Part shown: positions 35,334-35,985 of the stretch, piece by piece
How positions within the stretch are numbered: the first letter of the stretch is position 1
How the letters are laid out: each line of letters starts with the position of its first letter
UHGV virus genome: UHGV-0175543
DNA length: 35,985 nucleotides
Source of the DNA: a virus
Reading direction: 5' to 3' (one strand)
Translations under genes and position numbers: made by a program
The notes under the pieces: model-generated
The model's database searches: none
The model's input: the letters and a program-made list of their open reading frames with translations, nothing else
Told to the model about the DNA's origin: nothing

Positions 35334-35353
35334 CATGCAGAAAGACAAAACAC

Positions 35354-35797
35354 ATGAACAAAATCATCACCGCCCCCGAAGTAATCGCCGCGCTAACCGC
35401 CGTCGTGGTCGGTGTCCTCACCTACGTGCTAGCTAGGATTAAAAAAGCGACTGAGGAAACCCGCCGCCAGGTCACGAATACGCATAAAACTAATTTGCGG
35501 GACGATATCGACTCGAATAAGCGGATTATCCTTTCAGGGCAAAATGACACGCGCACCGGTTTAGGCCAAATATTGGGAGAGCTAGAGGACTTTAAGCGGG
35601 TGCGGGATCAGCAAGCCACCGAAGCGAGAGAGCGGGCGTCTTTTATCCGCCGCGATATCTACCAGCTCCGCGAATCCGTTGAAAATCTTACAACCCGGAT
35701 GCAGGACGCAGAGCAGAACGCAGACCGCGACCACCGGGACATCTGGACTGCAATCCACACACGCACACAAACCCCGAGGCAAGATGAGATAAAATAA
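35354..35797 (+). CDS. DUF2746-like membrane-anchored coiled-coil lysis-module protein
   Basis: N-terminal TM then QVTNTHKTNLRDDID. Confidence 0.7.
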   Translation: MNKIITAPEVIAALTAVVVGVLTYVLARIKKATEETRRQVTNTHKTNLRDDIDSNKRIILSGQNDTRTGLGQILGELEDFKRVRDQQATEARERASFIRRDIYQLRESVENLTTRMQDAEQNADRDHRDIWTAIHTRTQTPRQDEIK

Positions 35798-35880
35798 AGA
35801 TACCGCTAATAAGCCGGCGACCTAGCTGCTACGGCTAACTATCGCTGACTGCCCCAATAATCGGGGTGCGGATACATACT

Positions 35881-35920
35881 AAAAATAACGCCCCGCTGGT
35901 CTTAGAGGATCAGCGGGGCG
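35881..35920. terminator. Hairpin/terminator at the right end
   Basis: CGCCCCGCTGGTC-N6-GATCAGCGGGGCG; U-tract on the minus strand. Confidence 0.65.
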
Positions 35921-35922
35921 AT

Positions 35923-35944
35923 ATCGTAATTATATCGCAATTTT
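35923..35944. repeat. Candidate integrase arm-type sites
   Basis: ATCGTAATTAT ATCGCAATTTT, resembling the 169-190 pair. Confidence 0.55.
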
Positions 35945-35985
35945 CCCACCCACTCCCCTATTGGTACTGGTAGTAAGGTTTTCTA

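Larger units (their letters stand above)
1..35985. mobile_element. Temperate siphovirus prophage, apparently complete
   Basis: Ordered integrase-immunity-replication-packaging-head-tail-lysis modules. tRNA-like att core at the left end and related 11-bp tandem repeats near both ends. Confidence 0.95.

Overview
The window is an apparently complete ~36 kb temperate siphovirus prophage. Its gene families (WhiB-like, DUF2746-like, ImmA/ImmR-type switch) point to an actinobacterial host; this is an inference. It starts at an att core formed by the 3' end of a tmRNA/tRNA-Ala-like gene. Modules follow in order: tyrosine integrase; a leftward lysogeny operon (XRE repressor, ImmA-type protease, HsdR_N-type nuclease); Cro/Xis; recombination and replication genes (Cas4-like exonuclease, SSB-like protein, Prim-pol/SF3 primase-helicase, SNF2-like helicase with an iteron-like repeat cluster, resolvase); a run of ~100-aa helical proteins; a leftward moron resembling a type I toxin-antitoxin locus; HNH and terminases; portal; a MuF-like head protein fused to an EndoU-like toxin with a candidate immunity gene; capsid; tail; and lysis. 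The most striking observation is in the tail-tip cassette. Two paralogous stand-alone receptor-binding-type genes each carry a poly-C tract in codons 3-6, one in frame (C10, ON) and one out of frame (C9, OFF). This suggests a simple-sequence-repeat, phase-variable host-range switch that needs no invertase or reverse transcriptase. All family assignments come from motif recognition by eye; no database search was run.
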